DNA of 64,000 nt from Vicugna vicugna (Eukaryota): contig MU058000.1 in the NCBI GenBank assembly GCA_013265495.1, positions 1,240,001 to 1,304,000 of the forward strand, read 5' to 3'. This document shows, one piece after another, positions 51,566 to 63,129 of this stretch. How positions within the stretch are numbered: position 1 is the stretch's first letter; each line of letters begins with the position of its first letter. The position numbers and the translations under genes are program-made. The notes under the pieces are model-generated. The model ran no database searches, was not told the origin of the DNA, and worked only from the letters and a program-made list of their open reading frames with translations.

Positions 51566-54500
51566 GCTTCCGGGCTCTTTGTACTCCATTTTATTGTTGC
51601 TCCCAGCTGATACTGTTTGGGAAGGAGGCATCCAGGGACCTATGCAACGTGGACCAGCAGGAAAAGGAGAGATGCAGGATGCGCAGGAGAGCTGGACAGG
51701 CTGATCCAGCGTGTAGGCTGGAACCAGTAAGGGCCAGTGAACAATGCTCTCCAAAATGTATGGCAATTAATGTGACTTTTTATAGGACTGCCTAACTCTT
51801 CCAGACTTAAACAGAGCTAATTCTACCAACTCAAGCGAACTTGTAATTCCCATCATCCCTGGATCTCAGAAGCAGTCTGTGTAATGATGACAGTTTGTGG
51901 AAAATAATGGTCGCATGGGAAACTCCAGCAGTGCACCCAAAGTAAGTCACTCCATTCCTCCAAGAACAGAGATAGTTTCTCTGCCACATGCTTTAGAGAG
52001 AAGACATGTCTCTGGGTTCAAGGAGTTAGGGTATGGTCGCAGTGCCCCTGAATACTGGAAGGCCAGTGCAGGAAATGGTGGTGGGGTGGGATGGGGCCAC
52101 GTGAAAGCTTGCTTTCTTCCCCGTTATGTAAGTAGAGGCACTTTTCCTGAAGATTGTGAAAAGGGGGGAAAGTTTTTGAATGTTTTATATAATGATGGAT
52201 GCTGATAAACATTTACCTAAAATTTTTTTCTTACCTCTGATTGTGTCCAACCATAGTGATTATGATTTATAATCTTCAAAGAAGTACATGTTCTTTTATC
52301 TTTTTCTTACTGTATGAGCAACATGTGTGATGGTTGCTTGAGACTCTAAGTGGGCAATCTGGAACACGTTTTCCCCTCCACACCCTTTCTCTATGCCTTG
52401 TGTTCAGAATCTGTCCAATTGACAAGCTGATGAGGAATGTTTCTTCTATGAGACTGATTGGAAGAGCAAACACTCAAAAAAACTTTTACAGTTTTTTGAG
52501 CTTTCCCATATGATACAGCCTGTCCATCAACCAAGGTTCTTTTCATTGTTTTGTCTCTTAGAGAAGAGAAACATTGAGAGGCACATTTGAAGGACTGCCA
52601 GATGGGTTTCAGAGAGCTTTATATTCCTATATTAACTGGGAACAACAGTTACTTATTCACATTTTACCATTTGTCAAATACAAAACTGCACATAGCAAAA
52701 TGGAACAACTATTCTCCTTTTTTTCCCCTTATAGTAATGTGAATAATACCATTATATTAGACTGTGTTTTATTTATGATTAGTTAGTGATGGAAAAAATA
52801 ATTGGCAGTGGAACTCCCTCTTGAAGGCAATGTTAACATGAATATTTTAAGGAAGAATTTACTAAATCTGAATGTTTATTGTTAGTATTCCATTTTTGTT
52901 CAGCAATGCCCCTGTGAGGGTAAATGTCCCCTTTTCTTCTCACTTTGCTGAGTTTAGCACATATCATTAAAGATCAGACTCTTCTAAATGCCCAAGAAGT
53001 GCCGGGCCCCATTTCTAAAAGGCAAGACGTATGTTTCCAAATTTCCATTATCAAAGAATTCTGTAGAAACACCATGGTTAGGCAGACCAGTCTTGGATAC
53101 ATCTGATTCTTTGTCTGAAATAAAACAGCCTTCCAATGCCCAAATCCTTTCAACACCGCCTCCCTCTTATCTCAGTTGTTGACCCTTAAAACTTGCTAGA
53201 GGTAGAGCAGTTTCAGATTTAAGGAGGTGGCATTTTGAGTTACATCTGCATGCCAGCTGGATTGTTTCTCCTTAGGACAGATGAAGCCAACAGCAAAAAG
53301 TGAGATCAGTTTTGGTTATGACGATGTTAATAATAATATTACAAAATTATAAAAGCCTATTGTGTAGTGGGAACCTTTTAGAGCTTTCTCCTTTAAACCT
53401 CAAAAATGACCCTACAAGGTAAGTACTGTAAAGGAAAATGTACTTTGTTCTTCATAAATGGGGAAAACTATTCTAATAGTTTCATTGAGGAATAATCATT
53501 TAAGCAAAAATCTGATGAGTATCCACTAGAAAAGCAGAGAAAAGGATGATTCTGGTAGATGATGGGGTTATACAGAAGCCCCAAGGTAGGAAGTGGATCA
53601 GGCTGCTCAAAGAGCAGAGAGTGGGCTAGTGTGGCTGGAGGCTTGTGGAGGACAAGCAGCATGATGACAGGCCAGTAGGCAGGAGTCAGATGGTGAGAGA
53701 ACCTTTTTCTCTGACCCGCTTCTAAGCATTGTTTATATTGATCATTGCATATATGCTCTCTTTGTTTACCACTTCGGGTCAGATAGGCCAGGCAGCCTCT
53801 TCTTTGATTACCATGAAACAAAACTCACCCAAGGCTTTGTGTGGCAGGTAGACTTTGTTAGCATTGGAGACGCTGACAAAGTGATAGTGTATTCACGTAA
53901 ACAAACTGAAGATTGAATATTAAGCATCAGTCTTCTAAAAATATCTCACAGCCATGTCTACCAGTGTGGACTCCAGCCTCCCCAAGGCTTGCTTCTCTCT
54001 CTTTTACCTCCCCTCCCTCGGTCTTCTCCTCCCTTCTCTTAACATTCCTTCTCTCTTGTGCTTTCTAATTAGCACACATGATTCCTGCTCATTTGGAATG
54101 CAGGTCAGTTTAGCAGTCTTTGCTTTCTGTTAACATTCTCAGGGTCTCATCTTCTATCTCAAATGACTTGACTAGAAAAATGACTTTATAAAACAATGAT
54201 AGCTCCTTTCCCAAGAGGCATTCTGATGACATCTGTTAAGGTAATTTTTTTTTAATCCTTGTACCTATAAATTGCAAAATCTCACCCTTACTGGTTTATC
54301 CACACAGAGAAGCACACAAAATAATACATATTTCAATCTTTTTTTGTTGGTAAACTTACTACTAAAGGCCAATTTGGATAAGAAAATGAGCTTGATGTTT
54401 TAGTTGCGGTTGCATTAAAATGCTATCATGATAGGCTCCTTTACATACAATAGAGGGAAATATGAGTTCTCTTTGTTTATGGACATGACCTATTGCGACA

Positions 54501-54889
54501 ACTTATTATCTAACTGTCCTTTTACACCAAATCTGACGTTCTTTCAGTTTTTTCTCTTGATATGAAAATCTAGATTCTTGGTTGTAAACAACAGAATCTT
54601 CTCAGACTGGTTCAAGAAGCGGATATATGTTAAAGGATCTTAGCCCACAGACTCTCAAGATTACAAGAGAACCACTCATAAGTTATGCAGCAAAGAGTAA
54701 TAATTATCCAGATATATTAGAATAGGGGCGCAGAGGAGACAAAACATCTGCTTAGATACTTAAAGTTTGCAAAATCAACGTAATTTGAAGATTAGTTGGA
54801 TGTGGAGATAAGAGAGGGAAGAAATTAAGTATGAATCTCAGGTTTGTGGCTTAAGAGCTAGTGGTTTGATAATTCCATTTACCAAACTT

Positions 54890-55330
54890 TGTGGACATTT
54901 GTCATGCATGGCTGGCCACTTGATGTCTTCTGAATTCCCTTCTTGGGTCTGAGAAATGTTTGCATTGCAGTACTGTCACACCAAAGTGGAAGCTGGAATT
55001 TATTTTAAGGACTCTCTTTATTGCTAAGTTGCATGGTAGGAAATATTCTTTCTACCCAAAGGAGCAGCATGAGGAAATAGCAAGTACAGACTTAGTCTTT
55101 GGGTTCACGTGGTGACAAGTCCTGAGCTTTTGCCTTCTAGTTGGGAGCACCTTCACTTGAGCCACAGTGTTTGTGCCAAGCAGTGGAAGCCGTAGCATTT
55201 TTGCTGGAACAGCTCTAATGGAATATAGTGGGGTCTGAGCCCTGGCTGCATAACTTCCAGTCTTACTGCTATGCCCTCCAGTTTCTCTTCTGTTTGTCTT
55301 GCTCTCCTGTCATTCTATGAGTCAAAAATC
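54890..55330 (+). mobile_element. Old ERVL LTR (LTR33-like)
   Basis: Begins tgtggacatttgtcat...ggctggcca, as in recalled LTR33-class starts. Confidence 0.45.
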
Positions 55331-55407
55331 TGATGATATTGCTCCCCTAATCAAAGCTTATCAGGGGCATTTTCCTGGCCTGAAGAATAGAGTCAAAACT
55401 CCTAAGA

Positions 55408-55843
55408 TGTTTAGCTTCGTAGGGATGCCTTGGAAAATTACTACCAACTTGAGTGGCTGAAAACAAAAGATGTGTTTGCGCTCCCAGTTCTGGAGGTTAG
55501 GTGTCTAAAGTCAGGGTGTTGGGAAGACCTGCAGTGCTTCCTCCAGGGCCTCTGGGGGAGGCTCCTTCGTTGCTCCTTCCAGCTCCTGATAACCCCCGAC
55601 TTTCCGTGCCCTGTGGCAGCGTAACTGCCATCTCTGTGCCTCTGTCTGTCTTCCTATGGCTTGCTCCTTTCTTTATAAGGAAACCAGTCATGTCAGATTA
55701 AGACCTACCCCGATTCAGTATGACCTTATCTTAAACGGATTACAACTGCAAGATCCCCTTTCCAGATACGGCTATGTTCACAGGTGTGGGTGATTAGGAC
55801 TTGAACATGTCTTTTTTGGGGGGACATAATTCCACACCTAACG
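55408..55843 (-). mobile_element. MaLR LTR (MLT1B-like) inserted in an L2 fragment
   Basis: cagttctggaggttaggtgtctaaagtcagggtgttgg...ttataaggaaaccagtcat...ttaggacttgaacat...gggggacataattc. Confidence 0.9.
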
Positions 55844-57144
55844 GTGGCCTATGAGGTGAGCTGCAATAAAAAAAGAAATCTAGCAGCTCTTCAGTAGTTC
55901 TCAATACATGTGAACCACCCAGTTTATTCAGGTTTGGATGCTGTTGGAAGGGCTGAGTGTTTTGTCAGTGGATACTCTTCAGCACAGGGTCCTGTTAGAG
56001 GGGGTACATTGCAGTTCTTAGAAGGTTTTATGTCACCAAGACTTTCTACAACCTCCTCTGCATAGGAGTGACCTTGGATAATTGTCCTGTGATAAGCTGT
56101 CACTGGGAGGCTAGATCCCCAAGCAATGGAATGAAAACACAATTTCACAATACCTTTTAGACTTTGCTCACTTCTCTTTGATTTACTAAAATCTTTTATA
56201 ACTTAATTTTATACTAGTCATTATAATGATAATTAATCTCTCACTTTCTAATTATTATAATCATTCTCAATTTCTAGCAACATCAAGGCTTCAAACACCA
56301 AATATAAAATCAGTGTTTTGTGCAACCTCCGTAGATTATGGGTTGTTTAGATGAACTGCTTAGCATTCAGGACTGAGATTTCTGATTCCTACTCTGTATT
56401 CTGTGTCAACTCCTCTCTCAATTACTCACCCTGCTAGAAGAAGGCTTGATATTCCTCAATTGGCAGCAAACAGAAAAGTATTTCAATCTCATCTTTGGAT
56501 CTTGTGTTTGTATTTATGGTCGAATATGAGTATATCTGTTTTAATAATTCAAAGATACTTTTGAAATGAACTAATTTAACATTAGTATTTTATTCTCTGA
56601 ACACTTCTACCCTCTCTGCTATCTTTTTGGTTCTTGAAAAAAATGTATTTTAATGTTTTTTTTATTTTTAAAAATCCTCTTACTGTGCTATAAGTGGCAT
56701 GAAGTATTAAAAGGAAAAGAAGAAATGAAAATTCATTTGAGGAAACCATTTATCAGTTTTTTCTGCTGAATTAATTTAAGGAGTACTTGACTATCAGCAT
56801 TATTTATATAATATGTATAGTAACAAACAGATGCTCTCTGGTGACACACTTTGTCATAGGAAATTACTCAAAGTCCAACATAACGCTTATGTAATCCGTT
56901 TTTAATCTGTCTGTTTTCTACCCAGCACACACACACACACAAACATGCACACACTTAACTGGAATTGCCTGAGTGCATGCACCAGTTTGTTCACCATCAT
57001 TTACCCAGCTGGGTATCTTATCTCATGGGTTATAGAACCATCATAGGGCCACTGAGTGTGTTTTAAGAAGTGAAGCCCCTCCCCTGTGTTCCTCCACTGG
57101 ATATTTCCATCTTTCTGCTCCTCTCCAGGATTTCCATGATTCTG

Positions 57145-57588
57145 CAGGGGTTCCATTATGCATAGTGTATATCAAAAGATTCAGGGGGTTGATTAATTTG
57201 AATTGGAAAATTACATCTTTATTTTCACTAACTTCCTGGTGATATTTAGCATTTTCTTCAACTGAGTGTAAGCCACAAACCTTAGCAATTTTAGCAGTAT
57301 CTGTGCCCTTGTCACCAAGAGAAAGCATAAATATTTCTTATCGTGATTGTTGCACATACCAAAAAGATATTTTTGAAATTGTGGTAGTTATTTCAGCAAG
57401 GCCTTGTAGTTTAGCTCATGATACAGAAGACGCATATGTTATGTCACAAATTTGTTTCTTTTTAAAAATGTTGTTAACTTGTCCACTGTTCTTTATAATC
57501 AGTTGCATTTCATGAACTTAAAAAGATTATTCTGCCTGTTGCCTAAATGATAAAAGGGTCCGTGGCCCAAAACGTTTATGAACTTCTG
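57145..57588. mobile_element. hAT-Charlie element (Charlie4a-like)
   Basis: Ends caggggttc / gaacttctg; aaaattacatctttattttcactaac, ttagcagtatctgtgcccttgtcaccaa. Confidence 0.75.
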
Positions 57589-57861
57589 CGCTTGGCATTG
57601 TGAGTTGTAGTTTTTGACTCTTTCATCTTATTTGGGAGGCATTTACAGGTCCCAACACAGTATTCAAGGGCGATAGCAACATGGGCCATGTGCTGTAGTC
57701 ACTTCCAGGTGATCACACTCATGAAGCCTGAGATAAAATCTCCCATTTCCCTCCTCACCCCCTGGGACCACCCCTACCTCCAAACCAGTCCTCGCTCTAG
57801 TTGCCTGCAGGTGTATCCTTTCTCTTATTTTAAAGTTACTGCAAAACCATTTACCTTTTAG

Positions 57862-58063
57862 GCAATGTGAAAACCTAGATTCAAGTCCTAGCTCTTTCAT
57901 TTACTAGTATTGTATCCTTAGACACTTTACACAATTACACTGTGCTTCAGTTTCCTCATATACATGATTATTTTCCCTTAGAGGTTGGTGGTGAAGATAA
58001 ATGACTCACTGTATGTAAAACCCTTAGACAGATGTGTGACAAATAGAAAGTGCTATGCAAATA
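57862..58063 (+). mobile_element. MIR SINE
   Basis: acctagattcaagtcctagctct...ctgtgcttcagtttcctcat...tatgtaaaacccttag. Confidence 0.85.
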
Positions 58064-58076
58064 TTTGCTATTATTC

Positions 58077-58852
58077 CTTCTCCTTTTTTATTCTTTTAAT
58101 TTAATTTTTTTAATTTAAGTATAGTCAGTTTACAATGTGTCAATTTCTGGTGTACAGCATAATGTTTCAGTCATATATATACATACATATATTCCTCTTC
58201 ACATCTTTTTTCATTATTGGTTATTACAAGATATTGAATATAGTTCCCTGTGCTATACAGTAGGACTTTTAGTAGAGAATTTTAGTAGCTAGTCTCTGCA
58301 AATCATTGTTTATTATTTTTATGGCTGAGTAGTATTCCACTGTATAACTATACCACAGCTTCTTTATCCAGTCATCTGTAGATGGACATTTAGGTTGTTT
58401 CCATGTCTTGGCTATTGTATATAGTGCTGTTATGAACATTGGGGTGCATGTATCTTTTCAAATTAGATTTCCCTCTGGGTATATGCCCAGCAGTGGGATT
58501 GCTGGATCATAGGGTAAGTCCATTTTTAGAGTAATCTCCAGACTGTTTCCATAATGGCTGCACCAAATTACATTCCCACCAGTAGTGTAGGAGGGTTCCC
58601 TTTTCTCCTACAGTAGTGTAGGAGGGAGAAAAGGGAACCCTCTCCAGCATTTATCATTTGTGGACTTTTTAATGATGGCCATTCCAACTGATGTGGCGTG
58701 ATACCTCATTGTAGTTTTGATTTGGATTTCTCTGACAATTAGCAATATTGAGCATTTTTTTCATGTGCCTATTGGCCATTTGTGTGTCTTCATTGGAGAA
58801 TTGCTTGTTTAGATCTTCTGTCCATTTTTGGATTGGGTTGTTTATTTTTTTG
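58077..58852 (-). mobile_element. Camelid-type L1 3' fragment with an exact 13-bp TSD
   Basis: aagtatagtcagtttacaatg 3' UTR and ORF2 C-terminal sequence; tttgctattattc at 58064-58076 and 58853-58865. Confidence 0.95.
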
Positions 58853-58950
58853 TTTGCTATTATTCTTGATGACTATGTTCATGAATCCTATAACTGTTTA
58901 ATAGATACTGTAACTTAAAAAACTAAAGTACTGTTTAAAAAGGAAGCCTT

Positions 58951-59350
58951 ATGTTATGTGCCACCTGGGATCATCTTGGCCTCACCCTTGTCTTATTCCA
59001 GCTGCTTCTGAGGCAGCCAGCAATCTGTGGGCTCTCACAACACATGCAGATCCAGCACGGCAGTGCTTCATGCAGCTCATGCTGCAAACCTCTCATCTCC
59101 TGCTCTGGGGTTTCCTGCTGAACTTGAGGTCTGGTAACCCTGTGAGTGTACATGTACAGCTTAGTGCCCAATCCAGAAGCATGGAGGAGTTCATGTCCCT
59201 GGAAAGAGGGGTCAGTAGATAACATTTTTCATATTTTCATGTTTTTATGTCTTTTGGAGATAGTAGAAGTCCTTCCTTTCTAAAGGTATATCCTTCTAGA
59301 TTTGTGTTTGCCTTCATTACCCCTAGTCCCTCTTCTAGCACCCTTCCAGA
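58951..59350 (+). mobile_element. ERVL LTR (LTR16-like), probably the 5' LTR of the adjacent internal remnant
   Basis: Starts tgttatgtgccacctggg; sits directly upstream of ERVL integrase sequence in the same orientation. Confidence 0.5.
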
Positions 59351-59374
59351 ATGCACACAGAATACCTTATATAA

Positions 59375-60330
59375 TGACACCATTGACTTAGATCAAAGAA
59401 TCCATTTGATGGCAAAGAGGGAGAAGACTATTCAGTCATCCCTCGGTATCTGTGGAGGGTGGTTCTAGGACCACCATGGATATCAAAATTTGCAGTTGCT
59501 CAAATCCCTTATATAAAATGGCACAGTATTTTCATATATAACCTTTGTACATCCTCCTGTATACTTTAAAAGTCATCTCCAGATTACTTAGGATATTGAA
59601 CACAATGTAAATCCTATGTAAATAATTATAAATGCAATGTAAATTCTATGTAAATAGTTGCCTATGCATAGCAAATTCAAGTTTTGCTTTTTGGAAATTT
59701 CTGGAATTTTTTGCAGATATTTTTGATCTGTGGTTTGTTGAATCTGCAGAGAGCTGACTATATTAGCTGTTGTGTACCCCATCACCCAGAACTGGCTTAA
59801 TGGAATAATGATGGATTGCCTGCTAAAATCTTGGCTACAGTACCGGGCCAAGAATAGCACCCTGTGGTTTTGGGATGCTGACCTCCAGAATGCAGTACAT
59901 GAGCTAAATCAATGACCAATATATAGTACCGTGTCTCCAGTAGCTGGAATATATCAATCTAGGAACCAAGGGGTCGAAGTATAATTGGTCCCTTTCGCCA
60001 TGACTCCCTGGGACCTTTTTGGTGTGTGAAATGTGTGCTTGCTGTCTCACAACTCTGTTTCAGTAGAGTTTCCAGGTCCCAGGAGGGAACACTTCAGTCA
60101 GGATACAGTGAAGGATTTATCCACTGATCCTGAAGCTGTGATTAACACTTACTTTCTTCAGGTTCATCGTGGTAATTACAGTAGCAAAGAAAGAAGCTAC
60201 TGAACTAATGGGGGTAATCACCTTTCTTTCTGTAGGGAGTTAGGACTGCTGCTGCACAATAGCAGTGGGGAACAATTATGTCTAGAACCCAGGGACTGAC
60301 GTGGGCATCCCTTGGCTCTTCCATGGCAAA
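59375..60330 (+). pseudogene. ERVL internal remnant: integrase C-terminus and dUTPase, split by MER2B
   Basis: TIDLDQRIHLMAKR (cf. SIASDQGTHFTAKE), CVPHHPE, WDADLQNAVHELNQ*PIYSTVSPVAGIYQSRNQGVEV (59871-59981), AKKEATELMGVI...ELGLLLHN (dUTPase). Confidence 0.85.
59433..59759 (+). mobile_element. Tigger-derived MITE (MER2B-like)
   Basis: cagtcatccctcggtatctgtgg...ctcaaatcccttatataaaatggc...gcaaattcaagttttgctttttggaa...gttgaatctgcaga...gctgact|ata. Confidence 0.9.
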
Positions 60331-60494
60331 AAGGGCAAGGCAACTAAAGCATCAACTCTCTACATAAACTCTTATTTCAACAAGATGTAGTTCATAAATA
60401 ATTTATGAACTTTGTTCAGTGTAGGAGTTGAACAAAGAGTAGGAGTTGAATAAAGGCAAAAATAAAGCAGGTCAGTTATATTTCAAAAACAATC

Positions 60495-60835
60495 AAACAA
60501 ACAAACTCATAGGAAAAGAGATCAGATCTGTGGTTATCAGAGGTGGGGGGTGAGGGGAGGGGGAATTAGATGAAGGCTGTCAAAAGGTACAAACTTCCAG
60601 TTATAAATAAGTACTAGCGATATAATGTGCAATATAATAAATATAATTAAGATTGCTATATGTTATATATAAAAGTTAAGAGAATAAAACCTAAGAGTTC
60701 TCCTCAGGAGGAGAAATTTTTTTCTTTTTTAAAAATTTCATATCTACATGCAATGATGGATGTTCACTAACTTTACTGTAATCATTTCATGATGTATGTA
60801 GGTAAACTCATGTTGTACACCTTAAACTTACTATT
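60495..60835 (+). mobile_element. L1 3' UTR fragment (laurasiatherian type)
   Basis: gagatcagatctgtggttatcagagg...caaaaggtacaaacttccagttataa...tgtacaccttaaactta. Confidence 0.85.
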
Positions 60836-61364
60836 TACAGATTATTCAATCAGACTTTTTAGGGTCCATCCAACGTTTCAGAAAATCGACATAGCGTAAG
60901 TTTTTCCTTACTGTGAGTTTTTTGCTAATTTTTTCTTTATATAATTTTATTCTTCACATAATTCTAGGAGAGGGTTCAGACCTCAGCCAAACAGAGTACT
61001 GAATCAGGTAGAATTTTAGCATCAATAAGGAAGAAATGTGACAGGCAAAGAAAGGGGGGCAGCTCAGTACTGTGGACCAGGAAGTAGGACATGGAGGGAC
61101 CGTTGTGAAGGTGTCCAGGGCTCTTCCCAGACAAAAGGGATTCCACAGAAGCAAGAACCCATTTCTAGTGCTGGACAGTTGAGTTTCTTTATCTATTTTG
61201 CACATGCATTTATACTAGGAAAATACGAAGTTAACATAGTCATGAAGTATTCCAGTGCGTTGAAGGCGGCAGTTTTGAAATCCTTGCTGACTAAAAGTTT
61301 ATCACATTTCTGTTTCCTCAGGCCAGAAAAGCCTGAAGGTAGAAGTGGGGTTACAGTTGCTGAG

Positions 61365-61500
61365 TCTAAGTGTATTCCCATGTGGAATGGTGGTATTCAT
61401 AGAACATACCTTATAGGGTTGTTGTGGGGATTGAGTGAATGCAAGAAAAGCAATTTGCACAGTGTCTGATACAAAGTCATTGCTCCATAAAGAATAATTA
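61365..61500 (+). mobile_element. MIR fragment
   Basis: taccttatagggttgttgtggggattgagtga...gcacagtgtctgataca. Confidence 0.7.
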
Positions 61501-62087
61501 TCATCAGTATCTATTTCAGTGAGGCTTTAGCTCCCTGAGAAATTGTCCCATTATTTCTGGAAGTTGCCAGGGCATATCACTTTGGGGATCATAAAGAAGT
61601 CTTCTCAGGGATGATGTGATGGTCTTTAACTTCCTCTTTTTCTGGCTGAGCTTTAGAGCCCTGTTGGTCTGTAGGAGGCCCTTCTGAATCTTAGCTGCCG
61701 TCTTAGCCGGTAGTTCCTGGTGCTGGTCCTGAAGCATGCCATGATTTCATGGTAGCTTTGCAGGATAGTCTGGCGCACTGATGTGACAGCATGTTCCTCC
61801 CGCAAGGCTGCACTCCATTCTGGAGTCCCAGTGTGCTGGTAGCGTGTTGGCTGCCTCACGTCTTAGCATTCTGCAAGTAGAGCCAGATCTCTTAGCTTAC
61901 ATTGCTTACAACTTTCTCTCTTCAAGTGTTGGAAGGATTAGTCTATGGGGACTGCTCTATAAGACAAATTTGGGTGAAGGAAACATCTGTCCTCAATTTT
62001 GTTTCTTCACTTACCTGCCAGTTTTGTCTTTTCTTAAAATGAATGTTTTCCTGGACAGGCTGTCCAATTCTCCCACAAAAATATGCT

Positions 62088-62239
62088 ACAAGCATATATT
62101 GTACAACATGGGGAATATAACCGACATTTTATAGTAACTATAAATGGAATATAACCTTTAAAAACTGTGAATCACTATATTATACACCTGTAACTTGAAT
62201 AATGTTGCCCATCAATTATATTTCAATAAAAGAAAAAAA
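62088..62239 (+). mobile_element. Short L1 3' end with polyA signal and A-tail
   Basis: tattgtacaacatggggaatata...tgtgaatcactatattatacacctgtaact...tttcaataaaagaaaaaaaa. Confidence 0.85.
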
Positions 62240-62975
62240 ATACACCTGTTGTGCTCCTCCCACACAGCCTCCAGATATTTCTTAATGTCCTCAATAAACA
62301 GTGTTTAGTATCAGACTGGACTCATACCTCAAAGGTACGCTAGCAAATAGAAAAAGAGTATCAAACTTGCCAGAAGGCATTGTTATTTCCTTCCATTTGG
62401 GTATGCATACACACTTGACTCTTTTTCAAGTCTGGCAGATGTTAGCTTCCATGACTTAGGATGACCTTGTTAAGTATAATTTTTTTTTCAGTAATTGTTT
62501 TGTTGAAGGTCATTCTTCCTCTAATTTACTACTAAGCAACACAACAGTATATCATGCTGCTCACTCTCTTTTGAGTCATAGTTAAGCCTCCTATTCTCTT
62601 TCCAGCATTCAAATAGTTGATGGCTATTAATATTTGTATAGAAAATTTGTAGTAAATTCTTTGGCATCTATTGTGAAAACAGTTTCAGCTGATGAGATTC
62701 TGGGAGGCTCAACATTTGAAGGAGAAAGAGAAGAGAATATTGACGTATCCTATACTTTGTCAAACCTGGTATGGCTAGAATTAAGTTCAATCCATAAAAA
62801 ATTTTGTTATTAATAAGCTATGCAGAGCAAAGAAAACCTGAAAGCACTAAGTCAAAAATAAATCAGCAGGCCATAAAAATTCACGTGTGGCTGACTTTGT
62901 ACCATTGTTGTCGATAGCATGACAGAGCTGAGACACCTTCATTCTTGAGTGTTTAGTCAGAAAATGGCAGCTCTA

Positions 62976-63129
62976 GGGGAGGGTATAGCTCAGTGATAGA
63001 GTGTGTGCTTAGCATGCACGAGGTCCTGGGTTCAATCCCCAGGACCTCCACTAAATAAATAAGTAAATAAATAAATAAAATCTAATTACCTCCCTCCTCA
63101 AAAAACAAATAAAAAAATTAATAAAAAAA
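62976..63129 (+). mobile_element. tRNA-derived camelid SINE (Vic-1-like)
   Basis: ggggagggtatagctcagtgatagagtgtgtgcttagcatgcacgaggtcctgggttcaatcccc (A and B boxes), (TAAA)n, ctaattacctcc, A-rich tail; TSD agaaaatggcagctct / agaaaatgacggctgt. Confidence 0.9.

Noticed and set aside
53275..53424. Exon candidate ending at the strong donor caag|gtaagt
   Set aside because: The donor lies in an antisense MIR remnant and the frames I translated contain stops; no further support
59610..59660. Direct repeat caatgtaaat(c/t)ctatgtaaata
   Set aside because: As I recall it, this is an intrinsic feature of the MER2B consensus rather than a new duplication
61516..61859. Overlapping minus-strand ORFs as a processed pseudogene
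   Set aside because: No recognisable protein similarity, polyA tail or TSD
62976..63050. Functional tRNA-Ala gene
   Set aside because: It continues into a SINE body, A-tail and TSD, and has no T-run terminator after the tRNA-like part
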